This document shows positions 34,999-46,128 of a DNA stretch of 64,000 nucleotides, piece by piece. This DNA comes from Dimargaris cristalligena (Eukaryota), in contig ML002217.1 of NCBI GenBank assembly GCA_003614675.1, positions 1 through 64,000 on the forward strand, in the 5' to 3' direction. Position numbers and translations under genes: made by a program. The notes below the pieces were generated by a model. It was not told the origin of the DNA. It ran no database searches and worked only from the letters and a program-made list of their open reading frames with translations. The stretch's first letter is position 1. Each line of letters begins with the position of its first letter.

Positions 34999-37900
34999 TC
35001 ATTTGCTGGAGATGGCCATTGGTGGTTGCTGTCGAATTCGCTGTTGTTGCCGGACCTTTTTCTCTAAAGATTTCAGAATATCCGGTAGGGAGCTTTCAAT
35101 GCGGTGGTAGGGCATACCAATCCCTTTGGCCAGGATCTGTTGATACATGGCCATACGGTCCCGTGGACCAACCACCACTGACGGCAAAACCAGCGGCGGG
35201 ATACCGGTTGTAGGCTCGGGGGAAGCGGAGTCCAAATCAGTGGATGAGCGAATAGCCCCGGTTGATCCAGGCAGCAACGATATGGGGGAAGGCGGGGGCA
35301 GTGGGGCCAGCCCATGTTGCGGATTATACAAAGTAGTCGGTGCCGCTGCTTCCCCGTGACCACGACCGGTCGGAGTAGACTGGCCTTCCGATATGGGAGA
35401 TGACGGGGCAGGGGACGAAAAGGTCAACTTGGCCGTGGTGGCTGTGGCCGTGGCAGTTGACGATGACGGTGGCAATCCCGGTGAAGTGGAAGTCGATAAT
35501 TGTTGCGCCTTGTCATGACTGGCCAAGCTATTGGCAAACCTTTGAACGGCGGTTTGGAGGGCATCATCCATGCGGTCCAGGCAATAGCCCACCGCCGGAA
35601 GATCAAGGCAGTCCTTTTCGAGCAATGTCGAAAGAAGCGTGGGGACCAACTGAATAAGATTGGCTTGGCGGGTGGTACACTCGCGCTTGAGGAACTCGAC
35701 CAAATCCGCATCAGTAGCCGCCATGGCAGGCGACACTGTATCGCCAGACTTGGCTTGATTGGGGGGCGCGGGCTTTGCTGATTGATCTTGAGCATTCCAG
35801 CCCAAGGGACGAATGTCCGAGGGACTGTCGGGTGGGGAAACCGCTTGGCTCGGTGAACGAAGCACGGACGACATCGATGACCGTCGAGAGGGCAGGAATG
35901 GGCTGGTAAACACTGTGTGCGTATGTTGACTAGGTGGCGTGCTAGCCTCTCTGGTCTCCGTATTGGCAAGAGCAGAGTCCTGCCGACCTAATGAACAAAC
36001 TTTAGGGGTCATTGGGGCAGTAGATAGAGGTGGAGTCCTGTCTCGGTCGGGTTGGGAAGAAGCATGACGTTCCAGTTGGCCCTGATAGCGGCAAACACAT
36101 TCCTGTAAGCGCTGACTAAGAGCAGCTCGGGCCACTTCCTGTAATGCCTGAGCCTCGGCTTGGGCCTCAACCTTAGTGGATATTACCAACTGCGACCCAG
36201 GTTTAGTCTCCGATGATACAGAGTTAGGACCGGGCTGACTCCCATCGGAGCGCCCCCGAACTTGGTAAGGCTCGTCCAAGCCCGCTTTTAAAGCCTGGGT
36301 TTCCTGGCGGATACGCTGGGTCTCGGCCTTTACGATGGCCAAGGTTTGGGCCAAAAGGCGCTGCTGTTGCCAGTACTCCTTGAGGGTATCCAAATGGTCT
36401 ATACGTCTAGTGCGAACAACATCGGACACATGGTCGGTAAGAGTACCAATGGCACGATCGTAGCGGTCGGAGGGTTGAGCACAGTGGTCCATCGGGGCTA
36501 GATCAACTGGGGCTTGGCTGCGGAGCGGGGGGCCACCGGTGGACTCGTCTACTACAGTGTTCGCGGTCGCCACCCGAGAGGGGGTCGGCTCCGTAGAAGG
36601 TACTGCAGGAGATGAGGGAACGGGGGGGCGGTGGGTCACCGAAGCTAGACCGAGAAATGAACGACGCCGGAGAGGAAGTCGGAGTCGTGCCGCTTGATCC
36701 CGTGCGGAATCAGGGGTCGGGACGGGTGGGCCCCGGTTATAGGAGTCAGTTGCGTGGGCCGGGCTGGACGAGGTGCAGTTCATTTGGGCCGACGCGACTT
36801 CGCTGCTTGCGGAAGGTCGTTCGACGTGTGGTTTGCGACCCATGGTTGGGGGGCTGCCTGTGCCAGTAGTGGAACTCTGACCAGCCGCCTGGGTCGAAAA
36901 CGAACCCAACCCCATAAGGGGCTGGGGAGCGGTGAAAACCCGGTGCGGTCCACCCATTGGTTTTGGACCCAGGGGACTCAGAGCCGTAGCAGCGGGAGCA
37001 TGGCGATCGTAGGCGAAGGGTTTCCCTGGTGATTCTCGGATAACCTGGAGGGAGGTTCGACGCTGGTGGGGATGTCTAGGACGCGGTGGCGTGAACAGCG
37101 GCGTGGTCATAGTAGTAAAGCCCTGGGTGCCCTGGTTTTCTGACGCCGGGGGTTGGTATGCGTAAGTGTGAGTATTAGAGTGGGAGTGGAAGGACGGGAG
37201 CGGAGTTACTCCGGGGGAATTAGAGGCAGGGCGATAGACTGGATCATCACTGTCCATAGTACACAATATATCCCACGGTCCATTGTTAGCGAAGGAGGGT
37301 TGCATAGGTGCAGTTACTGGCCCTTCGTCCGCTCGAGAGGAGGCAGTTGGCCAATGGTCCGACGGGACAGTAGGCGGCGGCAGATTACTATAAGATGAGT
37401 GGCGACGATTAGGCATTGCCGGAAGGGGGGTGGTTAAAGCAGACATAAATGACTGAAGGGAGTCGACTAACACCTGGAGTGACGGATGTCCCTGGGTTTG
37501 GAGGGTCATATCAAGGGCCGTATGGCCTTCATGATTTCGGTGAGCTATAATATCAGGGTTCAAACGGTGCTCAATGAAATAATTCAGCAGAGACTGTAGA
37601 TAGTAATGGGCCAGCACCGGACTTAGTTGTCGGTGACGGGTGGCATCCACGAGATAGTGAAAGACCGACCAGCCGGATGGACTGACACACATAAGCGTCG
37701 GGTGAAGCAAGGCTAAGATCCGGGGGAAGGCGCCCACTCCGTAACGGGATGAGTGAGTCACCGTACGGTTAAGGAGTTCGACGGAATCTGGGCATTCCGA
37801 GTCGGGAAGTCGCGAAGGACCCATGGTCACACCAACTACGGCGGTTACGAGGGCCCACTGGTGGTTCTGGTTTAATAGGCCCAGGTCAGCACCGTGTTTG

Positions 37901-39627
37901 ATCAGTACTTCGATCATCTCGAGGCGCCCGTACGCAGCGGCCCAGTGCAAAGTGGTATTTAGGTGGGTATCGATAGGGTCGTCCATGCGACAGTCGGGGA
38001 GTGGCTTCACCAGAAAAGAAGGCGGAGGCAAAGAGGGATCATCATGGAATGCACGAATCAAGAGACGGGTGAACGGGGATAGGGGACCGCGAACGTACTG
38101 ACCTAACGAAGTGAATATCTGGGATGTTCTGGGCTGCAAATGTAACTCATTCCGACTATTGGAGTACAGCAGTCGGGTAGGAGTCTCGGGAGGCGGATAC
38201 TCGGGCATGCGTGTGAGAGGCGAATTGTGGGCGGAAATACTACGATACCGTACCTGATTTTGGTGGGAGTGGGGATGGTGACGGTGAGGATGATGATGGC
38301 CAGAGGAGGAATTAGCTGGGCTACGTAAGGGCTCGACAACTGATCCATCACCGATGGAACGCGGGTTGGGGGTGAAATTAGAAACTGAACGGGCAGAATT
38401 TAGCGAAGGGGCCATAGACAGTGAAGGCGGAGGAACCTTCGATCGGGCGGCCATGGACACGCTGGGCTGGGCAAAAAGAGCCAGCGGTCGGTGACCAAGT
38501 TCCGGCTGGTATTTGTAGATGGGTGCCAAAGAGGGAGACGAGCCGGGTCTAGTAGCACCGCCTACCAGCGGCCTTCGCTCGGCATCTGTACGGTCCTCGT
38601 ATTCGCTGCCGTCAGTTTCGGTCTCATCGCCCGGCTGGTCCTCGCCATGGTTGCCATCACCCATATCCATTGCGGATCTATGGGAAGTCGAGCCCCGACG
38701 GGAGTCGGGGTGGCGAGTCAGGCCGGGCATCCGTAGCAGGGCGCCTGGGGGCGGTTTACCCAGGGGGCTAGCCAGGGGCCAGATCGGGCTGTGGGGGGTT
38801 CCCGCAGCCATCAGGCCCGTGCCGCGGGGGGCCGTGGGAGTCAAGACGGAATGGCTAGATTGGGTGGAAATTGAATTGGGGGTCGGTAGGACATTGGCGC
38901 CGGGCGGTCCAAGGGGTTTCGGGCCAGTCGAACTAGTCGAATACGCCGAAACGGCGGCAGTGGTAGTAGGAGTATATCCAACCCGCACCCGTTTGGGCTG
39001 GGGCGTGTATTCCAGCGATTCGGTATTATTACCATTACCGACATAGCCGGTATTAGCCGAACTACCACTAGGAACCCCCGCCGAACTATAGCCTCCTCCC
39101 CCTCTTGTTCCTCCTCCGGTCGATTTTCCCAGTGCGCTACTCCCCGGGGCGGCTCGGCGCGCGGGTAGAATAGGAGCCGCCGTATTTTTACGTTTAGCCG
39201 CGGCCTGGTTAGTCGAACGCGGACTGGCAACTCCTCCCCCGCTGTTTCCACTGACGGCCCGCTGGCGGGGCACGGTCGGTAAACGAGCCAGCTGTTCGGG
39301 GGTCAACTCGAGCAGTTGTTGCAGGTCAGCATACACGCCGTGTTCCCGGGCCAGCACCACCGCCCCGGGGAGCGGGATCCAGGTACCCTGGTACCGACCG
39401 TAACCGCCCTGGACCTTTTCGTGTTCATAGGGGTGGATTTGGCGTTCGAGAATACGCGTTCGCCGGGGCTTGTCGAGGTCAGCGGCTTTGAGAATCTGGG
39501 TGGCATTGATAAAGCAGTCTTCGCAGCGACGCATCACCACGGTTCCTAGAATATGACACTCCACCACGGCCACCCCGGCGTATACGGCCCGGTACAGATT
39601 ACCACCCGTCGTGGGAGTCTGACTCAT
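34999..39627 (-). CDS. MBF/SBF-type G1/S transcription factor, DNA-binding subunit (Mbp1/Swi4/Res1-like; APSES/KilA-N + ankyrin repeats), 1542 aa, intronless
   Basis: APSES domain LYRAVYAGVAVVE...VMRRCEDCFINATQILKAA...HEKVQGGYGRYQGTWIPL; ankyrin repeats TTLHWAAAYGRLEMIEVLIKHGAD and RNHEGHTALD; C-terminal Swi6/Cdc10-binding-like helix MYQQILAKGIG...LPDILKSLE. First ATG 39627. Confidence 0.9.
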   Translation of the reverse strand: MSQTPTTGGNLYRAVYAGVAVVECHILGTVVMRRCEDCFINATQILKAADLDKPRRTRILERQIHPYEHEKVQGGYGRYQGTWIPLPGAVVLAREHGVYADLQQLLELTPEQLARLPTVPRQRAVSGNSGGGVASPRSTNQAAAKRKNTAAPILPARRAAPGSSALGKSTGGGTRGGGGYSSAGVPSGSSANTGYVGNGNNTESLEYTPQPKRVRVGYTPTTTAAVSAYSTSSTGPKPLGPPGANVLPTPNSISTQSSHSVLTPTAPRGTGLMAAGTPHSPIWPLASPLGKPPPGALLRMPGLTRHPDSRRGSTSHRSAMDMGDGNHGEDQPGDETETDGSEYEDRTDAERRPLVGGATRPGSSPSLAPIYKYQPELGHRPLALFAQPSVSMAARSKVPPPSLSMAPSLNSARSVSNFTPNPRSIGDGSVVEPLRSPANSSSGHHHPHRHHPHSHQNQVRYRSISAHNSPLTRMPEYPPPETPTRLLYSNSRNELHLQPRTSQIFTSLGQYVRGPLSPFTRLLIRAFHDDPSLPPPSFLVKPLPDCRMDDPIDTHLNTTLHWAAAYGRLEMIEVLIKHGADLGLLNQNHQWALVTAVVGVTMGPSRLPDSECPDSVELLNRTVTHSSRYGVGAFPRILALLHPTLMCVSPSGWSVFHYLVDATRHRQLSPVLAHYYLQSLLNYFIEHRLNPDIIAHRNHEGHTALDMTLQTQGHPSLQVLVDSLQSFMSALTTPLPAMPNRRHSSYSNLPPPTVPSDHWPTASSRADEGPVTAPMQPSFANNGPWDILCTMDSDDPVYRPASNSPGVTPLPSFHSHSNTHTYAYQPPASENQGTQGFTTMTTPLFTPPRPRHPHQRRTSLQVIRESPGKPFAYDRHAPAATALSPLGPKPMGGPHRVFTAPQPLMGLGSFSTQAAGQSSTTGTGSPPTMGRKPHVERPSASSEVASAQMNCTSSSPAHATDSYNRGPPVPTPDSARDQAARLRLPLRRRSFLGLASVTHRPPVPSSPAVPSTEPTPSRVATANTVVDESTGGPPLRSQAPVDLAPMDHCAQPSDRYDRAIGTLTDHVSDVVRTRRIDHLDTLKEYWQQQRLLAQTLAIVKAETQRIRQETQALKAGLDEPYQVRGRSDGSQPGPNSVSSETKPGSQLVISTKVEAQAEAQALQEVARAALSQRLQECVCRYQGQLERHASSQPDRDRTPPLSTAPMTPKVCSLGRQDSALANTETREASTPPSQHTHTVFTSPFLPSRRSSMSSVLRSPSQAVSPPDSPSDIRPLGWNAQDQSAKPAPPNQAKSGDTVSPAMAATDADLVEFLKRECTTRQANLIQLVPTLLSTLLEKDCLDLPAVGYCLDRMDDALQTAVQRFANSLASHDKAQQLSTSTSPGLPPSSSTATATATTAKLTFSSPAPSSPISEGQSTPTGRGHGEAAAPTTLYNPQHGLAPLPPPSPISLLPGSTGAIRSSTDLDSASPEPTTGIPPLVLPSVVVGPRDRMAMYQQILAKGIGMPYHRIESSLPDILKSLEKKVRQQQRIRQQPPMAISSK

Positions 39628-41646
39628 GGCGCCGCCGAGCGAAGAGGAGGAGGGGGCGAGGTGCGGGAAGGTGTGCGAGGAGGTGTGCAAGAGGCACAGT
39701 GGGCGAAATTGTGGTGGGAGAGTTAGGGTAAAAAGGCAGACTGGAAAACGTCCGAAGTCGAAGGGGAATCAGGCGTAACTAAAGAGCGGGGTTTGGGAGT
39801 CTACACCGGAATTAGGAGGAGTAGTAGCAGTAGTAGTAGTCGCAACCGTAGTGCGGTGGTGTAAGTAGCAGTAATAGGAAGAGTAGTGATACTAGGGTCA
39901 ATATTTGGAACGGGGATTGAACGGGGAATGCGGACTAAAGTATAGGGGGATGAAACAGAGAACACGCGGCTCAACTATTCAGGCCAAAGCGGTTGAGGAC
40001 GCGGCACGCTAGAAGGGGGAGTTGAGGGGCAAAAGTGGTAGGAAGGGGACTTTTGGCGGTATGAAGTAGCAAACCCCTTCAGGCACTCTGGATAGCAGGG
40101 AATAAAATGGCACACGCGGACAGCGAAGAAGAGAAGAAAGGGTGAAGTAGCCAGTGGAGTGGTGACGCCTGGCTCGCGACGTGTGTATAAATGGGGTGTG
40201 TGTATGGGTGTATATATGTCTATCTGCGGGGTGTTCCGCTGACGCAGAGATGATTTTGAGTGGATGGACGGGAGGGAATATCAGGACGTCAAATGGACTT
40301 AAAACTCCTCTCTTTTTTCTCCAGCGCGAATGACTTAGGTTAAATATAGGAATAGTTGATTAATAGCGATCGGCCCGCTTAACCAACGGGGGCGTCGTTC
40401 ACCCGGAAAACTAGTCGCATGGCTCGAAGCACCAGGGCTAACCCTAGAACGAGAACGAGGACGTGAACGTGAACCAGAAGCCACCGACTAGATTCCAAGC
40501 AACCAAGGTCAAAACCGTCGGAGTTGGATTACACTTGCTTGTAAGTCTGGCCATCCTGGTATACTACTTAGTTACGCTTGGCCCCAACCACCACTGCTCA
40601 CATGGAGCTGGCTTTACGACCTGGCAGAGGACTATTCGGCCTCCACAACCAATCGTTCCACCCCCTCTTTCTCTCTCCCACACCACTCCCGGGTTGGACG
40701 GAGCCTGCTGGTCGGGATCACCTAGTCCATCCGACTTCCATGGACCAATACAATAGATGGCCGTAAGGGCCTTCACATTCTTAGTCTGACTCGACCTTTA
40801 TTTAAACAGCGGACGGACATTCTTCGGCTCCAATATACTCTTTGATGTATTTATCTGGTTGACATCGTCCATACCCCCCCCGCCCTCTTTCCAGTCGCTC
40901 ACAGTGGGAACTCTGCGACATCGCACTCCTAGTATAATCGCCCTTCACTCCCCCAGCCATGACCAGCACCATCAATTTTTATCTACCTTAACACTTCCCA
41001 TCGCTCACTGTACCGCTCCCGTAGTGAGTATACTTACTTGTCTGAAGGCAGTATCCAGGAAAGGTGATCCACCATCATCGAATGGGCAATTCCGAACCTC
41101 ATTAACCAACTTGGCGTTTTTCAAAGCGATTCGAGACGTCGGACTATCTTAGTATTAGTGAGGAGGGACATGGCAAACGTATTTGATAATGGCACTCGAC
41201 AAACGACCCTGGCCCATGAAATATAAATAAAGGAATGCGGGTGGCATTTTACAAAGGATCAAAGGCCTTTGCTGGGGGTAACCGCTCCCGGCACCACGAA
41301 ATATCCTTGACATCCACTTCCTATCGCCCTTCCCTATAGCCACGCATTAGTAGTTTACTATACAACCTATGTTTTTATTGGACTGCGCTAAACCGAAAAA
41401 TGCCTTAGGCCGGGACTAATACTTAGTGTATAAATACCTCCCTCTATCCATGCTCAGCCCATTATTGGTCCAATTTCTCTAAATATGACCCGTCCAGCTT
41501 TCAGACCACTTGCCAGTGTGTTATTACTATAAATGTGTTGCATTATATTGGTAGGAAGAATACCATCGGCCATTCATCCCATTTATATTGATTCTTCAGC
41601 ACTTGTAATCTACTGACTGCAAATGGGTTTCTGAAACATCAACACA

Positions 41647-41772
41647 GGAGAAAGGGTTGATCCGACTATACAAAGAAAATATCGGGTGTTAAAAAGAGGG
41701 GTGTACTAGCTAAAGTATTTTTCCTTTTTATAATTTATTCGAAATACCCAACAGCCGTGCTGAATTCCATCG
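41647..41772 (-). mobile_element. Degenerate MITE-like element, copy D
   Basis: Ends GGAGAAAGGGTTGATCCGACTATACAA and ACAGCCGTGCTGAATTCCATCG|ATAT resemble the termini of the 49641 copy; the interior is poorly conserved. Confidence 0.4.
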
Positions 41773-42956
41773 ATATGAAATGTCGTGTATAAGCCGGGGT
41801 GCGCCATTGTATATTTAGACTAGCCTGTCACTACATCATGCAGTCATCATGCACTATATCTCATCCATAATTGTGGCCCGATGCAATTCTGATTCGAATG
41901 GCCACTCCTTCAGGGGGAGTATATCGCATATTAAATGGTCTTTGTTTTAGAACCCCTAAGCGGACAAAGCCACTAACTATAGCCAATCGATACTTCAAAA
42001 AATCCAACTATTCAAGTAGCTAATAATAGGAATGATTAGCTGGGTATTCTACAACACCCAGCCACATTTATTTCAATGATAAAAGCACCTGGATCCAATA
42101 ATTATCGGAATTAAAAATAAAGTTACAGCGAATAAATGTGCAGGAGAAAAATGGGTCACATATGCAAAAACGAGATTAATAGTACTGTCATGCGACCACC
42201 CCCGCACACTTCAAATATAAATTTTGAAACATAGTATTACATGGAAAACTAGTTAAAAAAATAGCACTTTCACACTGCTGGCACCCATAGACATTCCCCA
42301 CCACGTCCTTTTACGAAGGATCAATGTGCGTGATCTGACCTTATTCGACAAAGTGGTTAGCCGCGAATGCTTGCCGATAGATAGATCCCTTCAGTCTAGA
42401 ATTATCCTCTAGTAAGCTGGCCTAGGCTGACACACACTCTTTATATGGGCCAATGGCTGCTTAGATGAAACATACATCACACAGACTACCCCACCTTAAA
42501 CTCACCTTGGTCCACCATTGCTATACCAATGCCACCATACTGTGATTATAACTTACAAGCCCAAGCACGGCAATTCAAAAAAGGTACAATGGAATGGTGG
42601 AAAGCCAGAGCACAGCTCACTAATTAATACTTGAACATAAATCACTATACAGGTCTGCAATAAAATGAAAGGCAAAACAAAAATGGAGGGAAAAACAAAA
42701 CAAGGTATCACACAGATGCGGGCAGACGAAACCAACAAAGTCGAAACCGAATAAAAGGGGAGGAAATATATAAGAATTGAGTAAGCGGATGAAGGAGCGA
42801 GTGAATTAGGGGATGTAATGCGCGAAAGAATACAATCGTTCGTAAAAATCAACAGGATAGGAGGGTGGATGGGAGGGGTAGTCAAGCGAGGGCAACATAT
42901 AAATAATAGATGTAATAAAATAATATTAAAAAGAAAAATCTATACTTCTCAATAAT

Positions 42957-43817
42957 TTAAGCCTTGGTGGCCCGCTTGGTTCTGCCGGTAGCTTTTGGCT
43001 TAGCAGCGGCGGTCTTGGTAGTCTTCTTGATAGCAGAAGCAGCAGGCTTGGCCTTGGCCTTAGAAGCAGCAGTGGCGGGCTTCTTAGCCTTGGCGGCAGT
43101 GGCCGACGGTGATGAGGCCCGCTTGGTAGTGGTCTTCTTAGCGACAGCCTTCTTGGCAGCGGCAGCGGGAGGGCTAGCCGAAACCTTGCGCTTGGTACCG
43201 GTGGAAGCGGCCTTCTTGGTAGCGGTGGAGGCAGTCTTTTTAGCGGCAGGCTTGGTAGTCTTCTTGGCAGCAGTAGCAGCAGGCTTGGTCTTCTTAACAG
43301 CGGCTTTCTTGGTGGCAGTCTTGGGCTTCTTCTCCACAGGCTTCTTAACCAGCTTGACACCACTGCTGGGGCCGTTGGGGAAGGCAAAGAGACCAGCTTC
43401 AGCACCGCGCTTCAGGGCAATGGGAATCTGACGAGAAGCCATATCCTCACTGACCTTGAAGTTGGCCAACACGTACTTCTTAATGGCCTGGCGACTACTA
43501 CCCTTACGGTCCTTCAGGGCGGCGATGGCAGTCTATTAGTGGTGGTGGATGATAGGGATGTGTGTGTGTATTTGGAATGGTTAGTGTATTGCTGCGACAG
43601 GTTAAAGGTGGAAATGGCCGCAGTCGAATACAATATAGCAGTGGTTGCCATGAGGCTGCAGTGTGGCTCGGGATAAATAATGTAGTTTAAAGGGGGTAAG
43701 GTTAAAGAAAATACGTACAGTGATCATTTCGGAGTATTTGGGGTGAGCGGGAGGGGCAGCAGTAGTGGCGGCCTTCTTGGAGCCAGCGGCAGACTTGGTG
43801 GTTTGAGCAGCAGCCAT
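42957..43817 (-). CDS. HHO1: Linker histone H1, 224 aa; exons 43817-43719 and 43532-42957
   Basis: Globular domain HPKYSEMIT|TAIAALKDRKGSSRQAIKKYV...ALKRGAEAGLFAFPNGPSSGVKL and long K/A/T/P-rich C-terminal tail; one phase-0 GT-AG intron. Confidence 0.95.
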
Positions 43818-44091
43818 TGTAGATAATGTGTGTGAGATGAGTTGAAGGGGGGAGAGGAGAGAGACACGAGGTAGAGTGAGAATGAATAGAGTAAGCGAAA
43901 AAGGAAGAGAAAGAGGAGAAAGGAAAAGATAGGACTAGAGAGGAGAGGGAATAAGGATTTAAAAGCGGTTCGGGGGGAGGGGCCGACGGACGGGAGAATA
44001 TATAGTGGGCGGCAGATCGCACGGCTGGACGGGCAACTCAACAACGGGGGGAGAGGGGCATACAAACCAAACACCGCATATACAGACACAC

Positions 44092-44465
44092 ACGCGTACA
44101 AGACGGGTACTAGTAGGTATTGGGTGTATGCGTAGATTGGATTGAGAATTGGGTGTATGCGCGCGCCCATCTTCAGGGAATAGAGAGAGACCGAGAGGGG
44201 TGTTTCAACCAGAAACGTGATCTTGCCAACTGTAGTGGATGGGAGAATGAATGGGAAAGAAAGCCCCTCTTTCTCTCTCTCTCTCTCCCTCCGCTCGGGT
44301 CCGTGGGAAGCCACACTTCACCCTCTCTCTCTCTCTCTCTTTTTTATCGAAAACGCGCGCCTTAGCTTTTCGGTCTCTGCAGAGGCGTACCGCTCATCCC
44401 TAAATATCCACACTCTGTCCATTTGGGGGTCTTCGTCCGTCGACGCGTCGGAGAAGCGCGTCGGA
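44092..44465. promoter_or_regulatory. Cluster of MCB-like (ACGCGT/CGCG) elements upstream of histone H1
   Basis: ACGCGT at 44092-44097 and 44443-44448, GCGCGCGC at 44159-44166, ACGCGC at 44353-44358, GCGCGT at 44456-44461, interspersed with (CT)n/(GA)n tracts. Confidence 0.5.
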
Positions 44466-46071
44466 ATGTCCGATGGCCATCCGACCAGGCCCCGTAACGC
44501 CGGTCTAGTTCTCTGTAAGGACCATGCAGAATGCCGCATACACCTCCCCCCCGTCCTTTGGACTTGCTATCGGGCGATGCGATAATCTATTTTTTTAACG
44601 AACTTCGTTCTTTATCTCCCCCCCCCCCCACACACACACATATCTCCGGGGGATTAACCTAACCAGCTCGGATGCATATGGCATGTTCACTTCCTTGGGG
44701 AGTATATGGTCGTTATCCCTTCGCCCATCGAAGTGGTTCGTCGTGGCACACCGCTCATCCCGTAGCTCGTTCCCATGGACAGTTCCACCCGCTATGTCCA
44801 CCAGCAGCGGCGGTGATGCCGGTCCCCCGGTAGCTGTGTAAAATCCCCGGCAGCTCTGCACGCACAGTATCTTCCCAACGATTGGACCACTGCAGCATTT
44901 GAGGATTGCTCTAACTATCACCGCTATTTTTAGGCTCTTCTATACTCCTTTTAATTTTTCCATCCTCCATCAACCGCAGTTGATTGGATCCAGCTATCGT
45001 CCGAGCTGGAGAAGCGAGGTCATGTGCACACAAGGTCTGTGTGTGTATGTTTCTTCGAACCAAACGCCAGGCGGGGCTCATCGCTAATGATAATGTCCAC
45101 GATGCTCGCCCATCTCGACGTGGAGGCCATTCAGTGACATATCTATCTACGCTTGGGGTTCCCTTCCCCTTCAAACCCCCCCCCATTCCCTGCATATAAA
45201 TTGACATTGGCCATCAGCTGACGACCCTGACCACGCACACGTCCGCTGGGTTGGAGTGTGATTTTTGGGTCGCCCCTTCCCACTAAACTGCCTCGAAATT
45301 CGACCATTCCAGCGACGGGCTGGTACGTTTTTATGATTTGGCAACTTGGCGGGTGTATCACACACTCTTTAAAGTTGAATTACCTTCCGTAAAAGTGCAT
45401 ACATTAACTAAGTGGTAGTATTTAGTCTAACCCATCCCCGGGTCTTTCCTGACGTGGAGAGTACTCCCTCCCCCTCGTACCATTGAGAAGCAATGCTCTC
45501 GTGAGTAATGAAGTAACACCACAGTACCCCGCTGTAACGATTTTGAGTATTCGGAGAAGGGTAATATTACGGTGCCGTATAGACTATTATGTGGAAGGCC
45601 GAAGGGGCATCTTTCAATACCGGTTGTGGGCATTTAAGTTTAGGGCCCCAACTCATTATTAGAATGTCCCTTTATCGAGACAAGGACCACCAATCCATGG
45701 ATCGACCAAACCGGTTATCCAAGAGTCCGCCAGGTCGAAGCGCAAGGCTCTAAGCGTGGGAGGCGCGGCCTATAGGGAGCGAAATGAAGCTGAAAGGGGT
45801 CACCATTCTCCTTCGTCGTCGCCGTCGCCGTCGCCGTCGGCTATTTCATTTTGGCAGGCGTCTGCGTGCTCCCCCTACTAATGGACGCGGATAAGGGAAG
45901 AAAAGAAGGGGGTAAAAAAGGGCAGGCGATCTCCTTTCCCCCCTTCTTCCCAACTGGTGGTTTTTTCCATTGAAAAGTTACGCGTCTCAGGGCAGCCAAT
46001 CAGGACCGAGCTGAGCTGAAAAGCGTTGGATGGTCGGTGACACCCGAGTACAAATGTCACTTGGCCCCATT

Positions 46072-46128
46072 ACACACACACACACCTACACACACACAGA
46101 CAGACAGACAGACAGACAGACACAGACA
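46072..46128. repeat. Compound (CA)n/(CAGA)n microsatellite
   Basis: Direct reading. Confidence 0.9.

Noticed and set aside
40438-40447. CTAACCCTAG as a telomerase RNA template, given the LARP7-like gene in the window
   Set aside because: Single short match, telomere repeat unknown, no supporting structure identified.
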